DNA from: Podarcis gaigeae | Lineage: Eukaryota | NCBI GenBank assembly: GCA_964106915.2 | Contig: OZ066915.1 | Length of the DNA: 64,000 nt | Direction: 5' to 3' (one strand) | Part shown: in pieces, positions 41,560-53,895 of the stretch | Position numbering within the stretch: the stretch's first letter is position 1 | Layout: each line of letters opens with the position of its first letter | Program-made: the position numbers and the translations under genes | The notes under the pieces: generated by a model | What the model saw: the letters and a program-made list of their open reading frames with translations, nothing else | What the model was told of the DNA's origin: nothing | The model's database searches: none

Positions 41560-41695
41560 CAGGCTTCCTCAAACTCAGCCCTCCAGATGTTTTGAGACTA
41601 CAGTTCCCATCCTCCCTGACCACTGGTCCTGTTAGCTAGGGATCATGGGAGTTGTAGGCCGAAAATATCTGGAGGACCAAGTTTGAGGAAGCCTG
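41560..41695. mobile_element. Same hAT MITE family, nested in an older Squam2-like SINE (about 41490-41822, minus)
   Basis: TIR CAGGCTTCCTCAAACT; perfect TSD gtctacag at 41552-41559 and 41696-41703; the flanks rejoin into a tRNA-SINE. Confidence 0.9.
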
Positions 41696-43129
41696 GTCTA
41701 CAGTGACTGGTAGTGACTTCCCAGGATTTCAGTCAGAGAACATTTCCAGCCCTTCTTGGAGATGCCAAGGATTGAAACTGGCACCTTCTGTGTGTAAAAC
41801 TGTGACTCTACCACTGAGCTACTGTACTTACTTTTCATGTAAATAAGATAATGCAATTCCCTGTCCCTTTCTCGGTGGAATTGCAATACTTGATATGCTG
41901 CTTCAACCAATATCACCTAACCACTTGATCTGCTGTGCATCGACTTCATTCATGATGTATTTGTTAGACAAATATATTATAATTACTATTCATGCATTTC
42001 AAGCTTAATTGTGTCTTGTTAGCAATGTATGTATCAGAGAAGCCAAGGCACACCCAGGCTTCTCCCCCCCCCCCCGCCCTTTCTCATGGTATGTTGCCTA
42101 TAGCAGCATTCTTTCAAACCTGTAGGATTCCTATGTGAAATCAAGAAATATTATAAAATACAAGTGTTGCAGGTATATATAGTTCTCACAGCTATTTGGG
42201 CCTTTTTTGTTTCATTGGGTTGGAAACGAGCAAGTAGATTCCAGTGGCTTAGGAAAAGCATAATGATTAAAATGAATTCCATTTCTGAAGCTCAGCACAA
42301 TTCACAGCAACTCATCCAAGCATAAAGCCATTTCATTGGCTCCTCTTCTTCACTGCAGGCCACTTGTCAGATCAAGCTATTTATATATATATATAAAAAG
42401 AGGCTCGTCTGGAGTCTATTTTCATTACTTCAGTAAAGAGCTGTGAGGCTCAGAAATGAAGGAAATGCAGGACAGTCCTGTAGAATAAGAAATATCCCTT
42501 CAAATGTGAGACAGTTGATCACTCTAGGGCCAACAGTCAGGCTGTGTTCCAGTGAGGGAAAATAACCCCAAAATTATCTGAACAAACTGAATGATGTGAA
42601 TTTCCAAGTGGTTCCAGCATCACTGAAATGGTACATTACATTTGAGGGCAGTTTGTAAGCTTGTCGTCATTACATGGTTTTGATTATTTGTGTTGTTACC
42701 CTGCTTGTTGACCGCTTCTAAAGTCACTGCCGCACTGATTCTAAGGATTGACAATAGGGAACCAGCCTCTAGCCATTTGTTTGTCTGCTGAAAACATTTC
42801 TGTCTCCATCATTCAGAATAAATCTTTCAAGGCAGATAACAAGAAGAATGGCAAAATATGGAACAGAGTAAAATATTGAAACAATACATGATAAACTATT
42901 GAAAGAAAACCATACAATGCTATGCTAGAAAACTAAAAGTAAAAATAGTGAAGGAAGAGGTAGTTCATAATTAATTAAATTGGGGGAGGGGGTCAATTGT
43001 TGGACTCCAACTCCCATCAGCCTACTGACCAGAAGACAGAGATGAGGGAAGTTGTAGCGCAACAGCATCTGAAATCCCATAGGATCCCCACCTATTAAAA
43101 GCATGAGAGCAAAATGTTTTATTTAGCCG

Positions 43130-43790
43130 GTGCCTAAATGCTAGCAGATTAGGGATATCATTCTGAAACCTGACCATGATCACAAAAAGAAGCCCTAACT
43201 TTAGTCACTACCTGCACCATTTCTGGGAGTCGTGGGAGCTGGAACAGAGCATCTGAGAATTATCTCAACTCATGGGCAGATTTATAAAGGAATAAGCAGT
43301 TCTTCAGATACCCTGGTTCCAAGCTCTATAGGGCTTAAAAGGCCAAAATCAGTATCCCCAATTGTCCCCAGAAACAAACTGGAAGGGAGTGAAGCTATTT
43401 TAATACCGGTGAAGTGTTCTGACCAGTTGGTTTTGGCTAATTTTCTGGTGGCTACTATATGTTGAAATGAAGTTTCTGAGTAGTCTTCAGCTCATTGCAG
43501 GTTCTTCAGCACTTCTTCTACCTCACCTGATGATGGCATCCCATATTGATGGCATCACATGCCAAATCCCTGAGCGACCTTTCTGAGTAGTTGCATGTAG
43601 CATGAGATGCAGCATAGAGCTCTATGGACCTCCTGGCCCTAAAGCTGTGGGGAAGAGGAAACATTATCCAGCATTATCTTCCGAAACCAATCGGTCGGGT
43701 AGGGACAGAAATGCCACAGCATGATGCCCCCAAATCCCAACATAGATAATGTAGATGAACACCATGGTCGATGGCAAAAAGTGCCACTGA
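43130..43790 (-). mobile_element. Old L2-like fragment
   Basis: Diverged resemblance to the reverse complement of the L2 RT C-terminal region (agggcttaaaaggccaaaatcagtatc...). Confidence 0.45.
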
Positions 43791-44385
43791 AAGCTCCAGG
43801 ATAAGTCATGTGACCAGAATGCCACTATAACATCCTGTTTTGTGACTTTGCATTGCTATAGCTGACAATAAAACCTGTTCCTCAGAAATATGCTCTCATT
43901 GCAAGTCATGTGACTGCTTCATGTGTTTCTCTTGTATCATTCAGTGCAATCTTAGGTACTCATAAATGTCTCAATGTGTTACCAGGATTTCAAAGGCGGA
44001 ATTGGTACCGGTTGTGCGTGTGTGTGTTTCCAAAAGGTTGTGCTGTGTCCTGGATTTTAGGCAAGCCAGTTGGAAAACCATAACAACTTTCAGGGTGTCC
44101 TATTTTTTACTTTTTGAAATATGTGTTAACTGGGCTTACTCCCTGTTAAGCATGCTTAGAGTTGCAGCCTTACTGCAGTAAATAAAATGTCATGTCACAT
44201 GACTCATGCGTGAAGCAGTTCTTTCTCAAGGAACTCTCAGGTTTTCTTATTTGCTTTCCCCACCTTATTTTTTAACGGTTGTTAACACTATCTGCCTGTA
44301 CAGATTTGAAATGGATTATGAAAGATCTGAAGGACTTAACCAGATTTACAATCTCTTTCTCCATCTCTTTTAAACAGACACAACA

Positions 44386-44434
44386 ATGAGTAACTCAAAT
44401 TCTGCTGATTTAGTTCATACAGGAGGAAAACAAG
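44386..44434 (+). CDS. TMEM40: TMEM40-like putative first coding exon (MSNSNSADLVHTGGKQ); exon 44378-44434
   Basis: Acceptor ctcttttaaacag at 44377, ATG with A at -3, donor AAG|GTAATG, phase-1 end in frame with downstream exons. No recognisable homology, so the start is tentative. Confidence 0.5.
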
Positions 44435-44912
44435 GTAATGAAAAGATGGGGAAACTAAGCCTGGGGGCACATTATTGGCTTAAAAGACAACTGGGCAACC
44501 AAGTATAATATATTTTTGTGTGCTTGGCTGTACTAAAGCGACATTTTTCAGAAGGCAGACATCCATGTGTTTTGTGTCAGCTTATTCTTCTGTAATATTT
44601 TGAGTCAAACGCATAAAATAGTTGGATACCAAAGTCTGCATGTTCACATCCTGATTTTGGGCTTGGAATGGGATATGTGAATTGGTGAGATCTCTCTTTC
44701 AGTTTTAACAGTACCACTGTCTGTAATTTAGCCTTTCCTGATTAAGGTAAATTTTATTTTTATGAAAATTACTCTCCGATTAGATTATTCTTATTCTAAT
44801 TATTAGTATTCACCTTCTATAGAATTGTCTCAAGGCAATGTACAATAAAAACACTATCTGCTTATACTGAACACTCATTTTAAAATGGGTAGCTATGGCT
44901 GTCAGTACTAAC

Positions 44913-45056
44913 ACCGAGGGCCTTCTCGGTAGTGGCACCCGCACTGTGGAATGTCCTCCCATCAGATGTCAAGGAAATAAACAACTATCTGACTTTTAGA
45001 AGACACCTGAAGGCATCCCTGTTTAGGGAAGTTTTTAATGTTTGATGTTTTATCAC

Positions 45057-45103
<47 letters not shown>

Positions 45104-45218
45104 GTTGGGAGCTGCCCAGAGTGGCTAGGGAAACCCAGCCAGATGGGCGGCATATGTATAAACAAACAAACAAATAAACAAATTATTATTATTATTATTA
45201 TTATTACTACTACTACTA
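44913..45218 (+). mobile_element. L2 3'-end fragment (same family as the 48.3-51.9 kb copy) with (ATT)n microsatellites
   Basis: gggccttctcggtagtggcaccc...cctcccatcagatgtcaag...gggaagtttttaatg is nearly the reverse complement of 48385-48600. Confidence 0.88.
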
Positions 45219-45390
45219 CAGTATGTAAGGCTAACTCTGTTTAGATATGTAAATAATACATGAGTAGATATGTAAATAATCTAATACATGTTTAGACATG
45301 TAAATAATACATGTAAATAATACTGATGGCTTTACCATCAGTAGTACATCAAGAAAATCTTCGATGTTTTTCCTCGTATACTTTGAACAG

Positions 45391-45435
45391 GTGGGAAACC
45401 AAAACGAGGCAAGAAATTAAAACCGCAAAAAGAAA
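45391..45435 (+). CDS. TMEM40: TMEM40-like putative exon (GGKPKRGKKLKPQKE)
   Basis: Acceptor ctttgaacag, donor AAA|GTGAGG, 45 nt, phase 1-1, open frame; no recognisable homology. Confidence 0.5.
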
Positions 45436-46080
45436 GTGAGGGTGAAAGTTCTTCTGAGGAGCTTAGAACAGAGAGTCCATCACAAGGTAACTCCAAAAGA
45501 TTGTATGATGCTTTGTCTGTGTGCAGGGAGAACAGATCTTCACTTGGGAGCTAGCACTTGCAAATCAATATTCAGATAAGCCCAGCAGCCAAGTTCAGAC
45601 TAGTGCTGAGCTGAAACAGGGTGGACCTTCGCAAACCTTTCTCTCACCCACTCATTCTGCACAAAACCTGCAGAATGCCCCCTCTGAGATATGGCTGCCA
45701 CTGAGGAACTTTTGGCATCAGCTGTAGACCCATCTACAGTATTTCATCTATTTCCACCCTGGGTTTTTTGTTTTTTTTTGAGAGAACGGGTAGGATATGA
45801 ATTCAATAAATCAGTAACAATAAATGCACAGGACTTTGTAATGCCTTGTCAAGTTTTGTTGTTGCCTTTCACTATGTTAGTATTTGTTTGTAGATGCTGT
45901 GTCAAATTATTAAAGATATGGAAATGATAACCTGCCTTTCAGTTGAAAAGGGCACAAAAAGAAAAATTAAACCACAAAAACAAACTATAACAGGAGTTTC
46001 TATATTTTGACAGCAACATAAGCTGGAAAGTTTTACCTTAACCATGCTTTTATCTGTTCTATATTTGTGCACTATTTTAG

Positions 46081-46116
46081 ATTCACCCAGAGAAGTCGTT
46101 CCATATGGTGAATCAG
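46081..46116 (+). CDS. TMEM40: TMEM40-like exon (SPREVVPYGES)
   Basis: Acceptor ctattttag, donor CAG|GTAAGT, 36 nt phase 1-1; matches recalled human TMEM40 DAPGEVVPSGESG. Confidence 0.85.
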
Positions 46117-46245
46117 GTAAGTTGACTAAAATCCTGAGCAGCACAGTTTTTAGGTTTGAGAGGCCCTTGGGTAATACCCCACACTCTGCATCTGTGAGTG
46201 GACCAGCTGCTTCCTCCTTCATGTTGCTGCTGCTGTTGACTTCAC

Positions 46246-47021
46246 CAGGGACGTCTTTACCATTGGGCATAGTGGCATGGCAACCAGGGCGCCAAGCTGT
46301 GGAGGGCGCCTGGCGGAGAGTCCAGGGAGGGGAGAGCGGGGAGGTAAGTGAGGTGGAGCTGGGGCTTGGTGCCTGCGCGCTTACAGCCCCCTTCAGAGGC
46401 ACTTGGACCCTGTTCCGCTCTGCAGCACCAGGTCCAAAGAATGAGGCGGGGGGGCGGGGAGAAGGCGTGGAAAAAGCCGCCTCAAAGAGCTGTGTGAGAA
46501 CTTACAGTGGTACAGTTTTGTAATTTAGGCTCAAGGCTCAATGATCTTGCAGCAACAGCCCCAAAATCTGCCCCGAAGTCCTGCCTTGTAACCTCTCCAC
46601 CCCCCTTGCCACTGTGTGTTTGTGTGTGCTTCACTGCTTTAATCTGGAAACAGTGTTTTTTTTTCCTGTCAGCTGGAGATTGTCTACTGTGATTGGTCCT
46701 TTTGCAACTGGCTGCATCAGTGGCTGTTACTGATTGGTTGTAACAGCTTTTGTTGTTGTTCTGTATTTTTTTCGGCGCTTTGGCTGACAAAAGCTGTTTT
46801 TGGTGCTGCGTGCTAGTTCCAGCGAAGGTATTATTTGTCATTTATTACCGATCTGCCCCTCCTTTAAAAAAGCGCAGAGGCCCCCTAGAAAAAGCTCACT
46901 AAATATTGGGAGGCCCCCTAAAAAAAGCTTAACAACTTTGGGGAGCCCCCCAAAAAACTAAATTTGGGGGCGCTGGGCGGATCTTTGCACCAGGGTGCTG
47001 TATATGCTAAAGATGGCCCTG
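46246..47021. mobile_element. GC-rich non-autonomous hAT-like element in a TMEM40 intron
   Basis: TIRs CAGGGACGTCTTTA / TAAAGATGGCCCTG (12/14); TSD poorly preserved. Confidence 0.65.
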
Positions 47022-47240
47022 GACCTTTTCTTCTCTTTCTTTGCTTCTCTTCTGGGCCAAATTGGCACGCCTCTCTCTCCTGGGAGAGACACACGTATTG
47101 GTAAACCCTATTTGCTGCCACAAAATGTATGAATTCTTCCTTAAACAAAAGGCTCCACATGGAAAGAAATGGGTTATATCGAGCTTGAACAAAGCAGCTA
47201 GAATTTTCTAGCTTTGGGGTGTTTCAAGACAAGTCTTCAT

Positions 47241-47256
47241 TGCTCCCTCTAGTGGT
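47241..47256 (-). promoter_or_regulatory. Candidate CTCF site
   Basis: Minus strand ACCACTAGAGGGAGCA is close to the CTCF core consensus. Confidence 0.45.
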
Positions 47257-47677
47257 AGCTTCACTCAATGGCTTTTGTGCATGGGTTTTATTGTTGTGAA
47301 CCACCTGACCTTAGGATGAAGGGTGGCATACAAATTTAATAAAATAAGTAAAAATAAATAAAACAATACTGTTATTTGGGTTGATGAGTTGCAGTCAGAG
47401 AAGCATGGTGAGCAAGGCAAGGAGCTGTTACAATACATAGAGGTTTATTTTTGGCCAGGTAGGAAGAATCTTCATATATATCCACTTCCTAGTATTGTAA
47501 TGTGGTTTGTTTCTGGTTTGTTTTGCAAAAGGAGATGCTTGTTTGCTTTGGTCCCCTCCAGACGACCTATTTATTGAACATTCATTCTGATTTGTTTCCA
47601 CAAAGATAGATTAGGTAATGTCAACTGTTTGTTGAACATTCGCTCTGATTTGTTTGCAGGGAGATTTATACATCACT

Positions 47678-47925
47678 GCCAGTGTGGTGTAGTGGTTAAG
47701 AGCGGTAGTCTCGTAATCTGGGGAACCGGGTTCGCGTCTCCGCTCCTCCACATGCAGCTGCTGGGTGACCTTGGGCCAGTCACACTTCTCTGAAGTCTCT
47801 CAGCCCCACTCACCTCACAGAGTGTTTGTTGTGGGGGAGGAAGGAAAAGGAGAATGTTAGCCGCTTTGAGACTCCTTAGGGTAGTGATAAAGCGGGATAT
47901 CAAATCCAAACTCTTCTTCTCTTCT
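47678..47925 (+). mobile_element. tRNA-derived SINE, Squam3-like, second young copy (TMEM40 intron)
   Basis: Near-identical to 2924-3170. Confidence 0.85.
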
Positions 47926-48164
47926 ACTGTATTAAGTAATTATCCCATGTTTTCCAATGCATTTCCCCATCACTTTAATTCTAGCAAAACAATTTCTATT
48001 TTTGGGTGGGGGGGAGGAGGAGGAAGAAGAGGCAGGCTTGTTGCACAAGATTGCCAGATTAACTTTAATTGCACACCCTGAATTTTTCACTATGTGACTG
48101 AATCCCACCACAAAATCGTGAAAGACTGAAAACACCTTTTATATCAGTCTGTGTTATTTTTCAG

Positions 48165-48197
48165 AAGTTGTGTGCAGAGACGGGGAACTTGCAACTG
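48165..48197 (+). CDS. TMEM40: TMEM40-like putative 33-nt microexon (EVVCRDGELAT)
   Basis: Acceptor ttatttttcag, donor CTG|GTAAAT, phase 1-1; sits where human TMEM40 has the 11-aa segment GLRRRGSDPAS, but the sequence is diverged. Confidence 0.55.
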
Positions 48198-48345
48198 GTA
48201 AATATAAATTGTTCTTTTATATGTTGTTCTTTTCTATATAACCCCTTTTAAGTCTTTTAATGCCTTTTAAGTCTCATACAAGTACCATGTTATCTGCCTG
48301 GCCTATGAAAGCTTCAACATTGCATGATCTGCCATATCATACAAA

Positions 48346-48346
48346 C

Positions 48347-48383
<37 letters not shown>

Positions 48384-51300
48384 TTATTATTTATACCCCG
48401 CCGATCTGGCTGAGTTTTCCCCAGCCACTCTGGGCGGCTCCCAATCAGTGTTAAAAACCGTACAGCATTACACATTAAAAACTTCCCTGAACAGGGCTGC
48501 CTTAAGATGTCTTCTGAACGTCAGGTAATTCTTTATCTCTTTGACATCTGATGGGAGGGCGTTCCACAGGGCGGGCGCCGCTACCGAGAAGGCCCTCTGT
48601 CTGGTTCCCTGTAGCCTCACTTCTCGCAATGAGGGAACCGCCAGAAGGCCCTCGGCGCTGGATCTCAGAGTCCGGGCTGAATGATGGGGGTGGAGACGCT
48701 CCTTCAGGTATACAGGACCGAGGCCGTTTAGGGCTTTAAAGGTCAGCACCAACACTTTGCTCGGAAACGTACTGGGAGCCAATGCAGATCTCTCAGAACC
48801 GGTGTTATGTGGTCCCGGCGGCCACTCCCAGTCACCAGTCTCGCTGCCGCATTCTGGATTAATTGCAGTTTCCGGGTCACCTTCAAAGGTAGCCCCACGT
48901 AGAGCGCGTTGCAGTAGTCCAAGCGTGAGATAACTAGAGCATGCACCACTCTGGCGAGACAGTCCGCGGGGAGGTAGGGTCTTAGCCTGCGTACCAGGTG
49001 GAGCTGGTAGACAGCTGCCCTGGACACAGAGTTAATCTGCGCCTCCATGGACAGCTGTGAGTCCAAAATGACTCCCAGGCTGCGCACCTGGTCCTTCAGG
49101 GGCACAGTTACCCCATTCAGGACCAGGGAATCCTCCACACCTGCCCACCTCCTGTCCCCCAAAAACAGTACTTCTGTCTTGTCAGGATTCAACCTCAATC
49201 TGTTAGCCGCCATCCAACCTCCAACCGCCTCCAGGCACTCACACAGGACCTTCACCGCCTTCACTGGTTCTGATTTAAAGGAGAGGTAGAGCTGGGTGTC
49301 ATCTGCATACTGATGAACACCCAGTCCAAACCCCCTGATGATCTCTCCCAGCGGCTTCATATAGATATTAAAAAGCATGGGGGAGAGGACAGAACCCTGA
49401 GGCACCCCACAAGTGAGAGCCATGGGGTCTGAACACTCACCCCCCACCACCACTTTCTGGACACGGCCCAGGAGGAAGGAGCGGAACCACTGTATGACAG
49501 TGCCCCCAGCTCCCAGCCCCTCTAGACGGTCCAGAAGGATGTTATGGTCGATGGTGTCGAAGGCCGCTGAGAGATCCAGCAGAACAAGGAAACAGCTCTC
49601 ACCTTTGTCCCTAGCCCGCCGGAGATCATCAACCAGCGCGACCAAGGCAGTTTCAGTCCCATGGTGAGGCCTGAATCCCGATTGGAAGGGATCCAAATGG
49701 TCCGTTTCCTCCGGGCGTGCTTGGAGTTGTTCAGCAACCACCCGCTCAATCACCTTGCCCAAGAATGGCAGATTTGAGACTGGGCGATAGTTGGCCAAAT
49801 TGGCCGGGTCTAAAGATGTTTTTTTAAGAAGCGGTTTAATGACCGCCTCTTTCAGCGGGTCTGGGAAGGCTCCCTCACAGAGGGAAGCATTCACCACCCC
49901 GCAGAGCCCATCGCCCAGCCCTTCCCGGCTCGCTTTTATCAGCCAGGATGGGCAAGGATCAAGGAGACAGGTGGTCGGTTTCACTCGTCCAAGCAGCCTG
50001 TCCACATCCTCGGAGGTAACAGATTGGAATTGATCCCATGTAACAGGACCAGACAGAACTCTAGCACTCTCCCGCCCTGGCCCTGCTCCCACAGTGGAGT
50101 CTACCTCCTTCTGAATCTGAGCGATTTTATCTGCAAAAAACTTTGCAAAAGCATTGCAGGAGATCTTGGGGTCCCTACCAGGCCCCGGTGGTACAGGTGG
50201 TTCTGATAGATTGCGAACCACCTGAAAAAGTCTCCTGCTGCTGTTTTCTGCAGATGCAATGGAGGCGGCGAAGAAGGCCCTCTTCGCCGTCGCCATTGCC
50301 ACTTGGTAGGCTCGACGTTGAGCTCTAACCCATGTCCGGTCTGATTCAGAATGAGTTTTCCGCCACCGGCGCTCTAGCCGTCTCAACGATTGTTTCATCA
50401 CCCTCAGCTCCGGGGAAAACCACGGGGCTGTCCGGGCTCCATGCAATCGGAGAGGGTGCTTCGGAGCCAGACAGTCAATAGCCCTGGTTAACTCCGCATT
50501 CCAGCGGGCCACCAGGGAATCAGCTGAAAGGCCATCAACTTGGGATAAAGCATCCCCTACCACTCTCTGGAAGCCAATTGGATCCATTAAGTGGCGGGGG
50601 CGGACCATCCGAATCGGTCCCACCTCCCTGCGGAGGGGAAGGGTTGCGGAGAAGTCCAGTTGCACCAGGAAGTGATCTGACCATGGCACTTCTTTTGTTT
50701 CGCTTTTAGTTAATGTCAGATCACCAACATCCGTAGAGGTAAACACCAAGTCTAAGGCATGTCCGTGGCTATGAGTTGGGCCAGACTTATTCAGGGACAG
50801 CCCCATGGAGGCCATGCTTTCCACGAAGTCCCGAGCGGCCCCTTGTAAGGTCGTGTCGGCATGGATGTTAAAATCCCCCAGGACAACCAAGCTAGGTGTC
50901 TCCAGGAGCATATCCGCCACGACCTGAAGCAGCTCGGGCAGGGAATCCTTGGTGCAGCGGGGAGGTAGGAATCCTGTACTGCCCCTATTGCCCAACTTCC
51001 AGAACATGCACTCAGAAAACTGGGTCTTCCCAATAGGACGCCTGGTGCAGACTAATGACTTCCTAAAAATCACTGCAACCCCCCCTCCCCGCCCACATGA
51101 CCTGGGTTGCTGTGCGTAAGAGAAACCTGGTGGGCAAGCAGCGGCAAGGACAGGTCCATCTGCTTCATCCAACCAGGTCTCTGTCACACATGCCAGATCA
51201 AATCCTCCATCCACAATCAGGTCGTGGATGGCAGTGGTTTTATTAATCATTGACCTGGCATTGCACAGCAACACTTTCAGGTCATGTGGGTTTCCCTTGC

Positions 51301-51947
51301 TGATTACTGTATCCTTTCGGTCAGGACCAGACCTGGAGGCAGGGATAGTCCTCAAACAACGACTAAACCTGCCTCCTCGGTAATGACATGGTCTGGTCTT
51401 AGCATAACTCCTCCTCCTGCCCGTGATCACTGAGATTGGGTGTCCCAATACATCTCCCCCTGTGGAACCTGCCCCACCCAATCTATTGGCTGAGGCCCAC
51501 TCCCAGGCAGCCATGACCCTTCCCCTTAAAAGGCAAAATACAAACTATATAATAATTTAACAGAATAATAATAAAACAAAACAGAACAAAACAGAACAAA
51601 ACAAAGCAAGAAGCAATAGCCCTGACTAAATGCTTATCCCACCCCAAGCAAAAATAAAATAATGAAATAATATATTATAAAAAACAACAACCACCATTTA
51701 AAGTGCTGCAAATTAAAAGCGATTAAAACATTTAAAACCATTGTGTCCATTGCTGCCGGTAGCTGCTCAGGCCTCTAAACTGTAGTGGTAGTGCAGGCCC
51801 CGCCCCCTAGGCCGGATGGAGTTGGCAGGAGAGGGAGCGGTCTTCCCACACTCACGCAAGCAGCAGCAGCAGCAGCCGTGTCCCGGAGGCCTCTCTCAGG
51901 CCTCTTATGCTGTGGCAGTGAGCGCAGGCCCCGCCCCCTAGGCCGGA
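48346..51947 (-). mobile_element. Near full-length L2-clade LINE (APE endonuclease + RT), antisense in a TMEM40 intron
   Basis: 923-aa ORF 48743..51514 with APE motifs (CNARS, TETWL, GDFN, SDH), RT motifs (LDLSAAFDT, GVPQGSVLSP, YADD) and the L2-type C-terminus (SRLDYCNAL, HITPVLRDLHWLP). Continues after a frameshift in ORF 48468..48782. (ATT)n 3' tail at about 48346-48383. 5' end approximate. Confidence 0.93.
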
Positions 51948-52770
51948 CTTACAATCATGGAATGGTCCAACCCCCTGCAATGCAGGAATCTCAACTAAAA
52001 ACACCCATGACAGATGACCATCCAACCTCTGCTTAAAAACCTAAAAGGAAGGAGAATGTTTGCTTTTACTTACAAAGTGTTCTAAGATATTTTGTGAAAT
52101 AGATTTGTATTTTAAAGCATTTTGGGCCACTCAATGGCAGATTTCCTAAAACAAAACAAAAACAAAACAAAAAACAGAGCATACTGATCCAATTTTCAAA
52201 CTCGTCCTTGCTTGTGGCCACAGGTGCAGCTCGGTGTTTGGCTTCCTATGCCCCCCTCAATATTGTGGGGGCTGAGCCCCCTGTTAAACAATATAGAGGG
52301 CTCAGCCCATAGGAGTTGGCGCCTATGCTAGGTGGGCAGGAGACAAGCAGAACTGGCCAGGCGGAAGACCCCCAGGCCACAGAGCCTGCAACAGTTGATC
52401 CTATTCCCTGCTCCCAGGGATAGCCTTTTAAGAAATGCTGCCTTTGATGACTACCTCCACTGTCGGAGGCAGTGAAACTGAATTGCTGGGAATCACAGGT
52501 GGGGAGGTTGCTTTTATGCTCAGGTGTGCTTGCAAGCCTCCCTTAGGCATCTGGCTGGCCAGTGTGAGAGCAGAGTGTTGGATTGGATGGGTCTTATTTT
52601 GTCCTTAGGTATTGCAAAATGCCCTGAGGTCCATTGACCAATGCACCAAGTAGAGAAATAGCAACAATAATAATAAAGAATAGAATTCAGTGGCTAATAT
52701 GATGTGGCTCAGCTTCAGTTTGTGTACCTGGGATTGACTTTTACTTTAACTATAATTTCATTTCCCATAG

Positions 52771-52839
52771 CATATGAAAATGTTCCCTGCCACCCACCTC
52801 ACCACCCAAGATGGTGGCTACCAGGCATACGAAAAGATG
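52771..52839 (+). CDS. TMEM40: TMEM40-like exon (AYENVPCHPPHHPRWWLPGIRKD)
   Basis: Acceptor tttcatttcccatag, donor ATG|GTAAGA, 69 nt phase 1-1; splicing gives GIRKDDEFFHF versus human NIKKDDEFFHF. Confidence 0.85.
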
Positions 52840-53895
52840 GTAAGAGTTTTACTGACCCTCAGACTCAGGCTGTGGGCACATTACCATTTACTCTGGCTCC
52901 AATGCACTCCTGCCCCTGAGTACACGTGACATTAGCCAGAATCCATATGTATGTTGTGGTTTCTTGAATAATGCTGCTGTTTCATGTGTTTTCCCTCAGA
53001 CATGTGTTTCCATCCTATTTGAAAATGTAAGCCATGGTTAAGCTGAGACGTGTATGTTTCGGACATCCATTGTGCATGCACAACTCTGTTGAATAGGACT
53101 TGGCAGCAAGGTTGCAGGCACAGAGAAACAAATCAGGTCATAGCACGTACAGCATTTTAGAATGCAACTTGAAATGCACGAGGGGAAAAGCCTCTCTGTG
53201 TTTTCAAGCCATTAACATGCACATGCCCTTAATTGCAAAACTGCTCAGTGTGAACCAGAAGTTCTCGCATGTGCAGGTACCTGATAAAAATGCTAGAATT
53301 CTATCCTAGAATTGTGAATAAACAGTGTAGTGGTGGTTTAATTATGGATGTTTAGATTATAATACTTGTGTAATTATACAATTATGCAAACAGCTTCAAA
53401 GACCATTTTGTCATTAAATAGTATATAAGTAAATAAATACTGCATGTGAGCACATGAAGGACAGAGTGCCTTTTCCACAACATTGCATAATCATAGACTT
53501 CACGTCTTGGACTTCCATATATAAAGTTCCTTGTAATTAATCAGTAAACTTAATTGCTGATTCTTGGCATTTTTAGCTGTGTGGGAATAAAGCATAGTTC
53601 CATATTTTAAATAATGTATATGGCTAAGAAGGTTGCTGACTTAAGTTCTTCACTTGAGTTGATGCCTCTGGAAAGTATACATAAATTATATATATGTACA
53701 GTGCAGTTAGTGAAAGTACTGGCTGTTGGTCTAAAGTATGTGAGTAATCATCACCTTACCCCCCTCCACAAACATATGTGTTCCAAAAGGACACAACCTT
53801 CACTAGTAGAAGAAAATTTCAAATTGCAGCCAGTAGGGGCATTGAGTTGGATTTTGTGATATCCCTTAAGAACTGTCTCTTCTCTCTCATTTCAG

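Noticed and set aside
44985-45244. Poly-Tyr / poly-Asn ORFs
   Set aside because: Translation of (ATT)n microsatellites in an L2 tail.
45902-46841. 159-166 aa ORFs on both strands
   Set aside because: Composite of the 36-nt TMEM40 exon, intron and a GC-rich DNA transposon.
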